DNA of 53,103 nt from the NCBI GenBank assembly GCA_048885535.1, contig JBHLLO010000014.1, positions 1 through 53,103 on the forward strand. Direction: 5' to 3'. Position numbers and translations under genes: made by a program. Positions within the stretch are counted from its first letter, which is position 1. Each line of letters opens with the position of its first letter. Source of the DNA: Candidatus Hermodarchaeota archaeon (GTDB taxonomy: Archaea; Asgardarchaeota; Lokiarchaeia; Sigyniarchaeales; SOKP01). Below the pieces are notes generated by a model. The model was not told where the DNA came from. It worked only from the letters and a program-made list of their open reading frames with translations, and did not search any database. Below, piece by piece: positions 38,609 through 50,606 of this stretch.

Positions 38609-39448
38609 ATGCGTAATTTAATTGAAGAACTTAAAAGTATTAAATTAGCAATTTTCGATTTAGATGGAGTCGTGTATAGAGGGGATAAATTAATCTCTGG
38701 TGTAGATAAAGTCATTCACCAACTGAAACAATTGCAAATTAGGATTGTATATAATTCAAACAACTCAACAGCATCTAGGCAAATGTACGTTGATAAGCTA
38801 AAAAAGTTTAAGATTTATACCGAAGTAAGTGATATTTATACAAGCGCTTCGATCACATCTATAGAAATTTCAAAATTAAAGCAAAAAGCAAAAATTTTTA
38901 CTATCAGCGAAGTTGGATTAATAGAGGAATTACAATCTTACGGTCATGAAATAATGACACTCGAATCAAATTATAAGGAAGTAGATTTTGTACTTGTAGG
39001 ATTAGATCGCGACTTTAATTATAATAAGCTAGCTTTTGCTCAAAAATGCATCTTAGATGGAAAAGCTCAATTCTATGCTACAAATGCAGATTCTACGTTG
39101 CCTGTTGCAGATGGTTTTTTACCAGGTGCTGGTGTAATGGTAAAAGCTCTTGAAGTATGTACTGGAACTAGCCCCATAAAAATCTTTGGAAAGCCTCAAC
39201 CTTATGGCATTGAATTAATTCTAAAAGAAGCTGAATTAGAACCTAATGATGCTGTTATTTTTGGTGACCGCCTAAACACGGACATTTTAGCAGGAAATTT
39301 AGCGAAAATAAAGACTGTACTGGTATTAACAGGTGTGACCTCTCAAGATGAACTAAATCAAATGAATTTAAAGAAAACGGGAGATTTCAACAAAGCCTTA
39401 ATTCCAGACATTGTGTTAGAAAAATTAGAGGATATCTTTATAATCTAA
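38609..39448 (+). CDS. HAD-IIA (NagD-like) phosphatase
   Basis: FDLDGVVY, NNS, TNAD, PGAG, GKP, GDRLNTDI, VLTGV. Confidence 0.93.
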   Translation: MRNLIEELKSIKLAIFDLDGVVYRGDKLISGVDKVIHQLKQLQIRIVYNSNNSTASRQMYVDKLKKFKIYTEVSDIYTSASITSIEISKLKQKAKIFTISEVGLIEELQSYGHEIMTLESNYKEVDFVLVGLDRDFNYNKLAFAQKCILDGKAQFYATNADSTLPVADGFLPGAGVMVKALEVCTGTSPIKIFGKPQPYGIELILKEAELEPNDAVIFGDRLNTDILAGNLAKIKTVLVLTGVTSQDELNQMNLKKTGDFNKALIPDIVLEKLEDIFII

Positions 39449-39596
39449 TTATCAAATAAATTTTTCTTTTAATTTTTTGTTAACCTAAAAAGAGTAACAA
39501 AATCGATAATACAGATATAAATAATTATCTAAAAAGCAATTTTTTTAATCTAGAATTTTTATTAATTAGGTGCATTAAAATTTTGGGGTTATTGGT

Positions 39597-39941
39597 ATGG
39601 AGAACTGGGATATAGAGGATTTAGAGGATTTAGAAGATTTAGATATAATTGGAGAATTAAACTTAATTTTAGAAAACCATTGTACTCTCTTTGCGAAAGA
39701 ATTAGAAGAAGAAATAACAAAAGCACGTACTCATCATAAACGAATTGAATATTATTCTGATAATGTAATAGTATATTCTTATAAAAAAGATTTGAATATG
39801 GGACAAGAAATCTTGATATTCGAGACTATTTTCAAAAAAAGTAATGAAAATAAGGTTGAATTATCATACATTGCGAATAAAAGCATGTATGGCTCTCATT
39901 TATTGTATCTAATAAATAGAGCTGAATTAAAGTCAAAATAA
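39597..39941 (+). CDS. Hypothetical protein with acidic N-terminus
   Basis: 114-aa ORF; EDL repeats encoded by a 9-bp tandem at about 39614-39640. Confidence 0.65.
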   Translation: MENWDIEDLEDLEDLDIIGELNLILENHCTLFAKELEEEITKARTHHKRIEYYSDNVIVYSYKKDLNMGQEILIFETIFKKSNENKVELSYIANKSMYGSHLLYLINRAELKSK

Positions 39942-40016
39942 TTAAAGTGTTGTTACATAGTAAACGAGGAGTTTAACTCTCCAATGTTATATAAAGAAAA
40001 AAGTTAATTTGTAATA

Positions 40017-40553
40017 CTAGATCATTCCTGATCTGTGTAACATTATTTTGCCAATTTCAATAAAAATTTCTTCTACATTACGTCCATCTTTAGATGAACA
40101 CTCAATATATCCATATAAATTATAATTTCTAGCTAGATCATAAGCATCTTGAGTAGATACTGTTCTTTTATATTGTAAATCTAATTTTCCCCCTACCATG
40201 ATTACTGGTAATTGTCTTTTATCTCCAATATAGCCCCTTTCAAAAATTTCTATCCAATCTTTAAAATTCTTTAAACTTGAATATCGAGTTATATCATACA
40301 TAAATATACCCCCAGAAGCGCCCACCACATAGCTAGGTAATAAAAATCTAAATCTATCCTCACCTGCAAAATCCCATATTTGTAAACTAACTCTTTTTCC
40401 CTCTACTTTTATCTTTTTTACGTGAAAATCGACTCCAATTGTCATTGTAGAATTTCCTCGAAAAACACCAGTAAGATATCTTTTAACTAACGTTGTTTTA
40501 CCTACACCTCCATCTCCAAAAAGGCATACCTTATACATCGCGTCACTTTCCAT
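40017..40553 (-). CDS. Rab-like small GTPase
   Basis: G1 GDGGVGKT, TIGVDF, LQIWDFAGEDRFR, YDIT, GKLD, ECSSK. ATG 40553 follows GAGG. Confidence 0.95.
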   Translation of the reverse strand: MESDAMYKVCLFGDGGVGKTTLVKRYLTGVFRGNSTMTIGVDFHVKKIKVEGKRVSLQIWDFAGEDRFRFLLPSYVVGASGGIFMYDITRYSSLKNFKDWIEIFERGYIGDKRQLPVIMVGGKLDLQYKRTVSTQDAYDLARNYNLYGYIECSSKDGRNVEEIFIEIGKIMLHRSGMI

Positions 40554-40755
40554 TTTATAGTGCCTCACATGAAGTATTTTTAAAGATTAAATAGCTTTCC
40601 TCAAACAATTAAGAAATCTATAACTTATAGTTAAAAAATGAATTTTTAATTAAATAATTTATACATAATTCTTGATTTTTTAATTGTATATATCAAGATA
40701 ATCTTATTTTAAAAATGATCTGTTTTAGAAAAATCCTCAATTGATTAGATGAAGA

Positions 40756-42177
40756 TCAAATGGAACGGTTTTTTTGCAAATCTATTAGGTCTGAATAAAT
40801 CTTTAAAAAATAATAGTATGAAAGACGCATATGTATTATCGAATCAACTTGAATAAATTCATTTGGGGAATGAGCGTAACCACCAATCCCCAGACCACCG
40901 ACTATAAAATTTATTCCCAATTCTTTTTGGATTTTACTTAAAGGCGCCGCTGCTGCACTCAATGGCCAGATTTCTATTTCTACTTCTAGCTTCTTAAAAC
41001 TTTCAATCAGGCTTTTTATAAGATTTGAGTCAATATTAACCCGAGAACCTTCATAACTAATATTTTTCTTTATACTTACTTCTAACTTTGAATTTTTAGC
41101 ATATATTTCTACTAAATTTTTTATCTCTTTAAAGATATCCACAATTGAAGTATGGTGGGCAAACCTAATATCAATATTACAGTCAGCACTCTTAGGAACG
41201 ATATTTTTTGAACCCTCTCCCAAATAACCTGATTTTAAAGTGGAAATGTTAAATGTTGGATCGAATAAATAGTCAACAAATGCTTGCTTAATATCTTCTT
41301 TAAGGGTTTGAGTAATTCCAGCTTTCTGTTTTATTTTTTCTAGATCTATTTCATTTTGTAAGGCATCAATTATCCTAACTTCTTCGTTGCTTAGTTTATA
41401 TTTTTTTTCTAAGGAGGGAATATTGAATTTACCTTTAGAATATATCAAATTTATCAAATCAATCAATTCAACCGCAGGATTTGGTATAAAAGAACTATAA
41501 GCAGAATGAGTTTCTTTGTTTTTTGAGACTAGTTTAACATTGAGTGAAAGTATTCCTTTATATCCTAATTTAAGAACGGCTTTACCTTCTATATCTTGTT
41601 TAGCTGCTGGATAATATGCATCGATACAGGATTTAAATAAATCTTTTCTGTTATTTAAAATCTTTAATAGTGAAGGAGATCCAACTTCTTCCTCCCCATC
41701 AAATAACAAGAGTAGAGAAACAGGTAATTTTTTGGTATCTTTTAAAATCTTTATTACATTTAGAAAGCATATTAAAGGGGATTTTGAATTATATGATCCC
41801 CTTGAGATAATACAATTTCCTAACTTATCCAATGGAGCTGGTAAATTATGTATTTCAGCTGCAAAAGGATTAGAAATCCATCTCGCATCATTATTAATGG
41901 GTTGAGTGTCATACATCATGTAAATAAGTAAAGGAGTTTCATTCTCTCCTTTTACTTTTGCTAATATAAGGGGGTTTATTTCTCCTTTAAATTCTTCAAT
42001 TTCTTCAGATATCGTTGAAATGTAATTTATTAAATATTCTTTAGCCTTTTCAATTCCTTTAGGATTTAAAGTATAACTCGGTATCTTTAAGAAACTAATT
42101 AAATTTTCTTCAATAAATTTATGATTTGAGTTTCTTATTGAATTCTCTACTTTTTCATCAAAATTACCTTTCTCCAT
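40756..42177 (-). CDS. Peptidase M20 family protein
   Basis: YDTQP, W.SNPF, DGEEEVGS, LGYKG, DIRF, AHSPNE. Confidence 0.9.
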   Translation of the reverse strand: MEKGNFDEKVENSIRNSNHKFIEENLISFLKIPSYTLNPKGIEKAKEYLINYISTISEEIEEFKGEINPLILAKVKGENETPLLIYMMYDTQPINNDARWISNPFAAEIHNLPAPLDKLGNCIISRGSYNSKSPLICFLNVIKILKDTKKLPVSLLLLFDGEEEVGSPSLLKILNNRKDLFKSCIDAYYPAAKQDIEGKAVLKLGYKGILSLNVKLVSKNKETHSAYSSFIPNPAVELIDLINLIYSKGKFNIPSLEKKYKLSNEEVRIIDALQNEIDLEKIKQKAGITQTLKEDIKQAFVDYLFDPTFNISTLKSGYLGEGSKNIVPKSADCNIDIRFAHHTSIVDIFKEIKNLVEIYAKNSKLEVSIKKNISYEGSRVNIDSNLIKSLIESFKKLEVEIEIWPLSAAAAPLSKIQKELGINFIVGGLGIGGYAHSPNEFIQVDSIIHMRLSYYYFLKIYSDLIDLQKNRSI

Positions 42178-42239
42178 ATATTAAAATTTTATAAAAGGAT
42201 TAATTAACTTATTTATTAGAAGATCCTCCAAAAGTAAAA

Positions 42240-42635
42240 ATGAATGCTATAGAACCAACCAAGGAACAAAAGTCTAAAGCCTTAACCCAGATTTTAAAAG
42301 CAATAAAAGATGAAGGAAAATTGAAAGGAGTTATATTTTCTTACAGAGAGGGAAGTATTATTGCAGAAAATCTAACTGAAGAATACCCAGAGTTTAACAG
42401 TGAGGAATATTCCTCTATGAGCGCTTCTGTATTGGATAGCGCTTTGCGTTTAGGAAAAATTATTGGAGAAAAAAAATTTAATAAATTTATAGCAGAATTA
42501 GAACATAACACAATAGTTATTATTGAGTGCGATGAAAAAACGTTTATCTCGTTTGTTTTAAATGAAAATTCAAAATTTTATTCTCTATTAGATAGAATTG
42601 AAGATTATATTAAAAAAGTAATATATTTATATTGA
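42240..42635 (+). CDS. Divergent Roadblock/LC7 protein
   Basis: LKGVIFSYREGSIIAE..SSMSASVL..LG..FIAEL. Confidence 0.75.
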   Translation: MNAIEPTKEQKSKALTQILKAIKDEGKLKGVIFSYREGSIIAENLTEEYPEFNSEEYSSMSASVLDSALRLGKIIGEKKFNKFIAELEHNTIVIIECDEKTFISFVLNENSKFYSLLDRIEDYIKKVIYLY

Positions 42636-42642
42636 TTAAGCA

Positions 42643-43929
42643 CTAAATAGTAATTTTTGAATCTGTTTTTCTAAGAAATTCTATACAAATTTGAACTGCT
42701 TGACCTAGAGCTTCTTGTTCAATTACTTCTGGTTTATCTTTTCTAGTGTGATAATAAGGGGCAAGCTCATCTTTTAAATTCAGCCCTGCTAATGATACTG
42801 CAGGTATTCCCTTTTTGCTAAATGTAGCAGCATCTGTTGCTCCAAAAGGAAGTGAACCTATTTTTGCATTCGGGTTAATCTCTTTAGCTATTTCATATAA
42901 AGTTTCAATAATTTGGGGATCATGCTTTGCACCTATTCCGGGTTCCTTATCTATGCATAACACAATATCTTTTATTGCTATACTTTCAATATTAATAATT
43001 ATTGCCTGATCTTCTTTTAACTCTTTAATGTGAGATTTTAAATACCGCTTTGATCCCCTAAGTCCGGCTTCTTCACCAGCAAAGGATATGAGAACCACTT
43101 TTGTATTTGTAGGATATGTTTCTTTATGAATTTTATTTTTGTGCAAAAATTTTCCAACCCCTAATACTATTGCAACTCCTGATAAATTATCAACGGCTCC
43201 TGGGACGGGGTGATAACTATGAAAGAATATATAAACAAATCCTATTGGCGTAAAGATTATAAAAAATATGCCAAACGAGAAGAATAAAATTACAAAATCA
43301 ATAGATACTAATTGAAATGTAAGCTTTAAAATCATTATAATAAATATTATAGCTACTCCAAAATATCCCAAATTAATTATAATTTGTCCTATCCGACCTA
43401 AATAATAAAATGTATTAAACTCAAATGCAGAATCATGGTGGGCAGAAAAAATTACTGTATTTTTTATTTCCCCAGAAGGATTTATTATTCCAATCACATT
43501 TCTTGATTTTCTTTTAGGGAAAAGAAAATCGAATACTTCATAATATTTCATCACATTTAGAATAAAATAGCAGATTGCTGTAGTAACCAAGATAAGAGCA
43601 ATAATTATGAACAATATGCTATAAAAAGGTTCAAGTTGTAAAAAATTAAGGTCAATTAACAAGGAAAGCCAGTATAATACAATTGATACTAAGACCGAAA
43701 TCGCACCATATCGGATTCCCCCAAGAAATGCATGAGGATGACTAATATATTCCTCTTGATAAGTATCATCACATACTTTTTTAAATTCATCTTCTATTTT
43801 ATTACCCGTAAGAACTTCTTGTTCTGTTCCAGATTCTCTTGGTCCTATTTCAGTACAAATTTCTTCAATAAATTTATACATATACTTTTGTAATTCTTCA
43901 TTCATTTGTTTTTCAGCCACTTCTTTCAT
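42643..43929 (-). CDS. Membrane-embedded peptidase M28 family protein
   Basis: IGPRESGT, SAHHDS, GAVDNLSG, GEEAGLRGS, TDA, YHTRKD; four TM inserts. Confidence 0.9.
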   Translation of the reverse strand: MKEVAEKQMNEELQKYMYKFIEEICTEIGPRESGTEQEVLTGNKIEDEFKKVCDDTYQEEYISHPHAFLGGIRYGAISVLVSIVLYWLSLLIDLNFLQLEPFYSILFIIIALILVTTAICYFILNVMKYYEVFDFLFPKRKSRNVIGIINPSGEIKNTVIFSAHHDSAFEFNTFYYLGRIGQIIINLGYFGVAIIFIIMILKLTFQLVSIDFVILFFSFGIFFIIFTPIGFVYIFFHSYHPVPGAVDNLSGVAIVLGVGKFLHKNKIHKETYPTNTKVVLISFAGEEAGLRGSKRYLKSHIKELKEDQAIIINIESIAIKDIVLCIDKEPGIGAKHDPQIIETLYEIAKEINPNAKIGSLPFGATDAATFSKKGIPAVSLAGLNLKDELAPYYHTRKDKPEVIEQEALGQAVQICIEFLRKTDSKITI

Positions 43930-44070
43930 GATTTATATTGAATAAAACATAATTCAAGATAAAATTTTTTTAAGATTACTCCAAAAAAGTCCAATTTGCT
44001 TTATAAAAACTAGATTTTAATTGAATAATAAATTTCCTTGAGTAATTAAGGATATCATATTTTTTTTGGA

Positions 44071-46119
44071 ATGAACATGTCTTCAATTGAAATTCACAAA
44101 GATATGACCGATAAAGAAATAGAGAACTACGTTAAGAGGATAATAACTCAATTGACACTTAGGGAAAAAGTCTATTTAATGTCTGGACATCAATTTTATA
44201 AAATATTACTAAAGGACAAAAAGGTTGGAGCTAGTCCTTATCCCGGTGGTGGCGTTAAACGCTTCAATATTCCTCCCTTTGCCTTTACTGATGGACCTAG
44301 AGGAGTAATTATACCAGGATCTACCTGTTTTCCTGTATCTATGGCCCGTGCTGCTACGTGGGACATTCAATTAGAGGAAGAAGTAGGTAGTGCCATAGGA
44401 AAGGAGGTTAGAGCTCATGGAGCTAACCTTTTTGGAGGCGTTTGCATCAATCTACTTCGTCACCCTGCATGGGGTAGAGCTCAAGAAACTTATGGAGAAG
44501 ATCCTTATCTTCTTGGAGAAATGGGGGCCTCTTTAGTTCGAGGTGTACAAAAACATAATGTGATGGCTACAATTAAACATTTTGTAGCAAACAATATTGA
44601 ATTCTCAAGATTTAAAGTCAATGTCTTGATGGAAGAACGAACTCTTCGAGAGGTTTATCTTCCACATTTCAAGAGATGTATTGATGAGGGTTGCGCTACT
44701 GTGATGTCAGCTTATAATAAATTACGTGGAGAATATTGTGGGCAAAATTTTTATTTACTAAAGGAGATTTTAAAGGGAGAATGGAATTTTAAGGGTTTCA
44801 TACATTCAGATTGGATGGATGGACTCCATAATACGATTAAGGGAATTTATGGGGGATTGGATGTTGAGATGCCAAGATCTAAGTATTTTGGTCGAAAATT
44901 AATGAGGAATATAAAAAAAGGTCTCCTCCCTATTGAATTAGTTGATGAATCTGTAAAAAGAATAATTCAGACGGTATTGAAATTTACTACTAAGGAAGAT
45001 CCTCAGGAATATAAAAAGAATTTAATTGGTTGTGAACAACATGTACAATTAGCTCGGAAAGTAGCTGAAAAAAGTATGGTTTTACTTAAGAATGAAGAGA
45101 ATATTCTTCCATTTAAAGAAGATCAAATAAGAAAATTAGCTATTATAGGTCGATTAGCAGAGATAAAGAATACAGGAGATCATGGAAGTAGTAGGGTAAG
45201 ACAAGAAAATATTGTAACCGGATTACAAGGTATTAAAAACTTCGTAGGAGATAGTGTTGATGTCGTTTACAGTAATGGCTTTTATTTAAAAAATGCTATA
45301 GAAGTAGCTCAAGGTGCTGATGCTGTTATATTATTTGCAGGATATACCTATAAAGATGAAGGGGAATACATTAGACAATATCCGAGAAAAGTTGGAGATC
45401 GTTTAAATCTTGAGCTTAAATCCAGAGAAATTCAACTTATTAAAGCAGTTTCCAGAGTAAATAGTAATTGCTTAGTTGTTTTAATTGGAGGAGGTGCAAT
45501 AATTATGGAGAGTTGGAAAGATGCAGTTCCTGCGATCCTTCTGAGTTGGTATTCAGGAATGGAGGGTGGAAATGCATTAGCAGAAATTATTTTTGGAAAA
45601 GTAAATCCTAGTGGGAAATTACCGTTTACGATTCCTAAATATGACTCAGATCTACCTTATTTTAATGCATTTGTTGATGAAATTAAGTATGATTACTATC
45701 ACGGTTATACCAAATTTGACAAGGAAAATCTAAAACCAGCCTTTCCTTTCGGTTTTGGATTAAGCTATACAAAGTATAAATACGATAATCTCCATGTGGC
45801 AACAAAAGATGACAAAATTGAAGTTGAAGTTGATGTAAGCAATGTTGGAAAATTGGCAGGAGAAGAAATAGTGCAGGTTTATATAGGTTTTGAAAATTCA
45901 AAGATTGAACGCCCCTTAAAACTTTTAAAAGGATTTACTCGATTAAGTTTGAAACCAAATGAAACAATAAAGGCTCATGTAGAAGTAAAAAAGAAAGATC
46001 TAGCTTGGTATAATCCAGAATCGAAGTCTTGGGAAATTGAAAGAATCAAATATTCAATTTATGTAGGAGCATCATCAAAGTTTGAGGATCTCTTAAAAGC
46101 AGAAATAGAAATTAATTAA
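44071..46119 (+). CDS. Beta-glucosidase, glycoside hydrolase family 3
   Basis: TDGPRG, WGRAQETYGEDP, KHF, SDW, VLLKN, NPSGKLP, FPFGFGLSYT, Fn3-like tail. Confidence 0.96.
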   Translation: MNMSSIEIHKDMTDKEIENYVKRIITQLTLREKVYLMSGHQFYKILLKDKKVGASPYPGGGVKRFNIPPFAFTDGPRGVIIPGSTCFPVSMARAATWDIQLEEEVGSAIGKEVRAHGANLFGGVCINLLRHPAWGRAQETYGEDPYLLGEMGASLVRGVQKHNVMATIKHFVANNIEFSRFKVNVLMEERTLREVYLPHFKRCIDEGCATVMSAYNKLRGEYCGQNFYLLKEILKGEWNFKGFIHSDWMDGLHNTIKGIYGGLDVEMPRSKYFGRKLMRNIKKGLLPIELVDESVKRIIQTVLKFTTKEDPQEYKKNLIGCEQHVQLARKVAEKSMVLLKNEENILPFKEDQIRKLAIIGRLAEIKNTGDHGSSRVRQENIVTGLQGIKNFVGDSVDVVYSNGFYLKNAIEVAQGADAVILFAGYTYKDEGEYIRQYPRKVGDRLNLELKSREIQLIKAVSRVNSNCLVVLIGGGAIIMESWKDAVPAILLSWYSGMEGGNALAEIIFGKVNPSGKLPFTIPKYDSDLPYFNAFVDEIKYDYYHGYTKFDKENLKPAFPFGFGLSYTKYKYDNLHVATKDDKIEVEVDVSNVGKLAGEEIVQVYIGFENSKIERPLKLLKGFTRLSLKPNETIKAHVEVKKKDLAWYNPESKSWEIERIKYSIYVGASSKFEDLLKAEIEIN

Positions 46120-46313
46120 ATTATTGATTAAATAAAATTTCTTTTCTAATTTCAAAAATGTCATCCCCAAAAGCTTGGGCAAGGAACCACTAATAGAATT
46201 AACTCAATATAAAGCAAAAATAATATAAAATTAAGCTTATTTATTTCTTATTTTTTATAAAGTTCGTTTATTAAACAATAAACTTCAAAAAAAAGGAAGT
46301 AGATAAATTAATT

Positions 46314-46853
46314 TCAGTCAATCTTTATGAAATTATATTGTTTATCTTTTTTTTCGATTAATTTGAATAGATTTTTTGAAGTTATTATCGCAATTATTTC
46401 GTTTTCGTTCATATGATGATCGTCAAAGGATAAAATGGAATTAGGTTTTAAGAGTCGGAAAAATTCTTTTAAAATACATTCTTTATCTTCAATTCCATGT
46501 AAGACATCAAAACATATTATTACATCGATACTATTATCTTCAAGATTTATTTTACAGTCCGTCTGAATAGTATCTATATTATCTAATTTTTTTTTATTTG
46601 CTTTTATTTTAACCTTTTTAATTGCTAATGGGTGAATATCTACAGCAAATACCATACCAGAAGGTCCAGTTTTCTCTGCAGCAGCGATTGCATAACTTCC
46701 AGGACCACATCCATAGTCAAGTACGAAATCTCCAGGTTTAATTCCCGCCTTTTCAACTTTTTCTATTGGAGGATAAAATTTATCTCGAATCCTAAAGAAA
46801 AAACTCATTCCACGAAAACCAATATCCGATTGTGCTTTATCCTTATTATTCAT
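46314..46853 (-). CDS. Class I SAM-dependent methyltransferase
   Basis: VLDYGCGPG, AVDIH, SIDVI, LLKP; ATG at 46853 preferred. Confidence 0.9.
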   Translation of the reverse strand: MNNKDKAQSDIGFRGMSFFFRIRDKFYPPIEKVEKAGIKPGDFVLDYGCGPGSYAIAAAEKTGPSGMVFAVDIHPLAIKKVKIKANKKKLDNIDTIQTDCKINLEDNSIDVIICFDVLHGIEDKECILKEFFRLLKPNSILSFDDHHMNENEIIAIITSKNLFKLIEKKDKQYNFIKID

Positions 46854-46979
46854 ATTTCTTTTATTAAACCTTATATAGATATTCCTAATAATATTAAGTT
46901 TAATTTTACATTTTAATAATTTCAAATAAATTAAAAATCCTCAGAAAAATTTATGAATCCTTGCTTAATTAGAAATAAT

Positions 46980-47420
46980 ATGAACAAAATCGATAAGGCA
47001 TTATCTTTTTTTAGTCATGGCCATAACTGCTCTCAAGCAATTCTTAAAGCATATGGTCCTGAATTCAGTATAGATGAAGAATTGGCGTATAAAATAGCAA
47101 GTACTTTAGGAGGAGGCATAGCAAGAACGGGTAATACATGTGGAGCGGTTACTGGAGCATTAATGGTTATTGGTTTACGTTATAGAAATTCTGACATAGA
47201 AGATCAAGATAATATATATTTAACTTATGAAATCGGTAAAGAATTTATAGATAAATTTGAAAGTATTCATGGATCGATTAAATGTAAAGACCTTCTTGGT
47301 TGTGATATAAGCACTCCTGAAGGTTATGAAAAAGCAACTTCAAATAATATCTTTAGCGATTTATGTCCAAAGTTTGTAAAAGATTCTGCTAAAATCTTAA
47401 ATACAATTTTAAAAAAGTAA
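46980..47420 (+). CDS. C_GCAxxG_C_C family putative redox-active protein
   Basis: NCSQA, GGG, CGAVTG, GSIKCKDLLG, CPKFV. Confidence 0.92.
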   Translation: MNKIDKALSFFSHGHNCSQAILKAYGPEFSIDEELAYKIASTLGGGIARTGNTCGAVTGALMVIGLRYRNSDIEDQDNIYLTYEIGKEFIDKFESIHGSIKCKDLLGCDISTPEGYEKATSNNIFSDLCPKFVKDSAKILNTILKK

Positions 47421-47450
47421 TAGTTATATTGAAATTTCTTAAGCTGAATA

Positions 47451-47924
47451 ATGCCAGAAAATAAGAACTACTCTCGGAAAGGGCTTTTAATCGAATTTAT
47501 TAAGGATTTGTATTACGAATATGAAAATAAAGAAAAAGTTGGAATATGCTTTAAACTCCAGAGAAATAAAAATCCTTTGGATGTTATTGGTGTGTTAGAC
47601 TTTTTAAAATATAAAATTAAGAAATGGGGAAACTCAAACATTTTCAGCTATCAGGGAAAACTCTTTAACGATAAGATTATATTAGTTATAGGATCAAATA
47701 ATGCAATAGAAGCAAAAGATATTATAATATTTATATTTTTAAATCAGATCCATGATAATATCAAAGTATTACTAAAAACAATCGAAGAAGTAGAATCTAA
47801 TAATGATATTGAGCAATACATTGATCAAGAAATCATTAACAATTTAGTAGAAGGCTTTCCAAACGACCGTGCTCTAGAAAGAGAACTCCAAAACCATCTT
47901 CAAAAGCTATTAAAAGAAGCATAG
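47451..47924 (+). CDS. Hypothetical protein
   Basis: 157-aa ORF co-oriented within a gene run; no motif recognised. Confidence 0.65.
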   Translation: MPENKNYSRKGLLIEFIKDLYYEYENKEKVGICFKLQRNKNPLDVIGVLDFLKYKIKKWGNSNIFSYQGKLFNDKIILVIGSNNAIEAKDIIIFIFLNQIHDNIKVLLKTIEEVESNNDIEQYIDQEIINNLVEGFPNDRALERELQNHLQKLLKEA

Positions 47925-47974
47925 TTTCCTGTGGAACTTTTGGAGAAAAAAGAAATAGTATTTTCTTCCTCACT

Positions 47975-48832
47975 ATGAGAGAATATAACATTAGAGAACT
48001 GAAAGAAAAAGAAATTAAGAGAGGTATTAAAGTACTTTATTCTTCTTTTTGTAGAACCATTACTGGCAATCAAATAAATATTGAGACAAAAAATTGGAAA
48101 ATGTTAATGGAAAATGGGTTTGGAAGATTTCTTATTTCCGAACTAGAGGGAAATATCATTGGTATTGGTGGAGTGTTTCTTTTCGAGGATGTTTGTAGCT
48201 TTGGTTATATGGGTGTATTACCCCATTATAGAGGTGAGGGAATAGGAACTCAAATTTTTGGGAATCTTTTTGAGATTGCAGTTGATTTGGGATGTAAAAA
48301 GATGATTCTCTATGCTTCCACATTAGGAGAACCAATATATAAAAAATTTGGATTTTTAAAGTCTTATTATGGTTCAATGTATCTGCTACCAAGAACTTTA
48401 CCAAAATTAGGATCTGGGGATAAAAAGGTTAAAGTTTTGAATCACCTTCCGAATTGGCTTTTAGATTTAGATAAAGAAACAACTGGTTTTGATAAAGCAG
48501 AATATTTCAAACTAAAATTGGATCTAGGTTCTATGGTATTAGTTGTAGAGAATGAAGCTTTCGGATTTGTATCAAAAGTATTAACAAACCTACGATTGGG
48601 ACCCTTAATATCAAAAAATTTAGATTCAGCCTTAAAAATTATCAAAAAAAGCATAGCGTTAAAAGCTAATCAAATTATTATAACTGAACATAAATCGTTG
48701 CCTAAAAAGATACTTGAGTTAGTTGGATTGACGAAGGTTGAAAATGGGTCAAGCTTGAGAATGACTTACGGCGATGTGATATTGGAAAACTTAGATTTAA
48801 TATATGCAATTGGTACCTTTGCTAAAAGTTAA
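47975..48832 (+). CDS. GNAT family N-acetyltransferase (YitH-like, two domains)
   Basis: VLPHYRGEGIG, LYAS..GEPIYKKFGF, LGPLI, MTYG. Confidence 0.88.
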   Translation: MREYNIRELKEKEIKRGIKVLYSSFCRTITGNQINIETKNWKMLMENGFGRFLISELEGNIIGIGGVFLFEDVCSFGYMGVLPHYRGEGIGTQIFGNLFEIAVDLGCKKMILYASTLGEPIYKKFGFLKSYYGSMYLLPRTLPKLGSGDKKVKVLNHLPNWLLDLDKETTGFDKAEYFKLKLDLGSMVLVVENEAFGFVSKVLTNLRLGPLISKNLDSALKIIKKSIALKANQIIITEHKSLPKKILELVGLTKVENGSSLRMTYGDVILENLDLIYAIGTFAKS

Positions 48833-49232
48833 TCTTTAAGATTGGAGGAGAAGCATTAGCTTATTTTTTATTTATTTGGATTAATTTACATTTTTGAAAA
48901 TCAATCCTTAAATATTAAAGGCATCAAATCTAATATGTAATTCAGAATAGAATTTAAATTAATAATTAAAAAGTTAATCAATGCATATCTCTAAAATTAG
49001 AATAAACCTGTATACATATAAATATAGGGGCTCACTGAGGGGTATATTATTTCCGATAGCAATTTTATTAATAGGTATTATGATTACGATTAGATTTCTA
49101 ATGATTATCATAATAAAGATTTGTAATAAAATTCAAAAATCTTTATTAAAGTTATTTGTAAATGAAATTCAAATTTGATTTCATCGACAGCTGAAGGAAA
49201 AGCTAACCGGAATAATCTAATTGGATTTAATT

Positions 49233-50603
<1,371 letters not shown>

Positions 50604-50606
50604 TTA

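Noticed and set aside
48981-49178. 65-aa ORF in the convergent gap
   Set aside because: Ile-rich low-complexity translation typical of AT-rich non-coding DNA; no RBS or motif.
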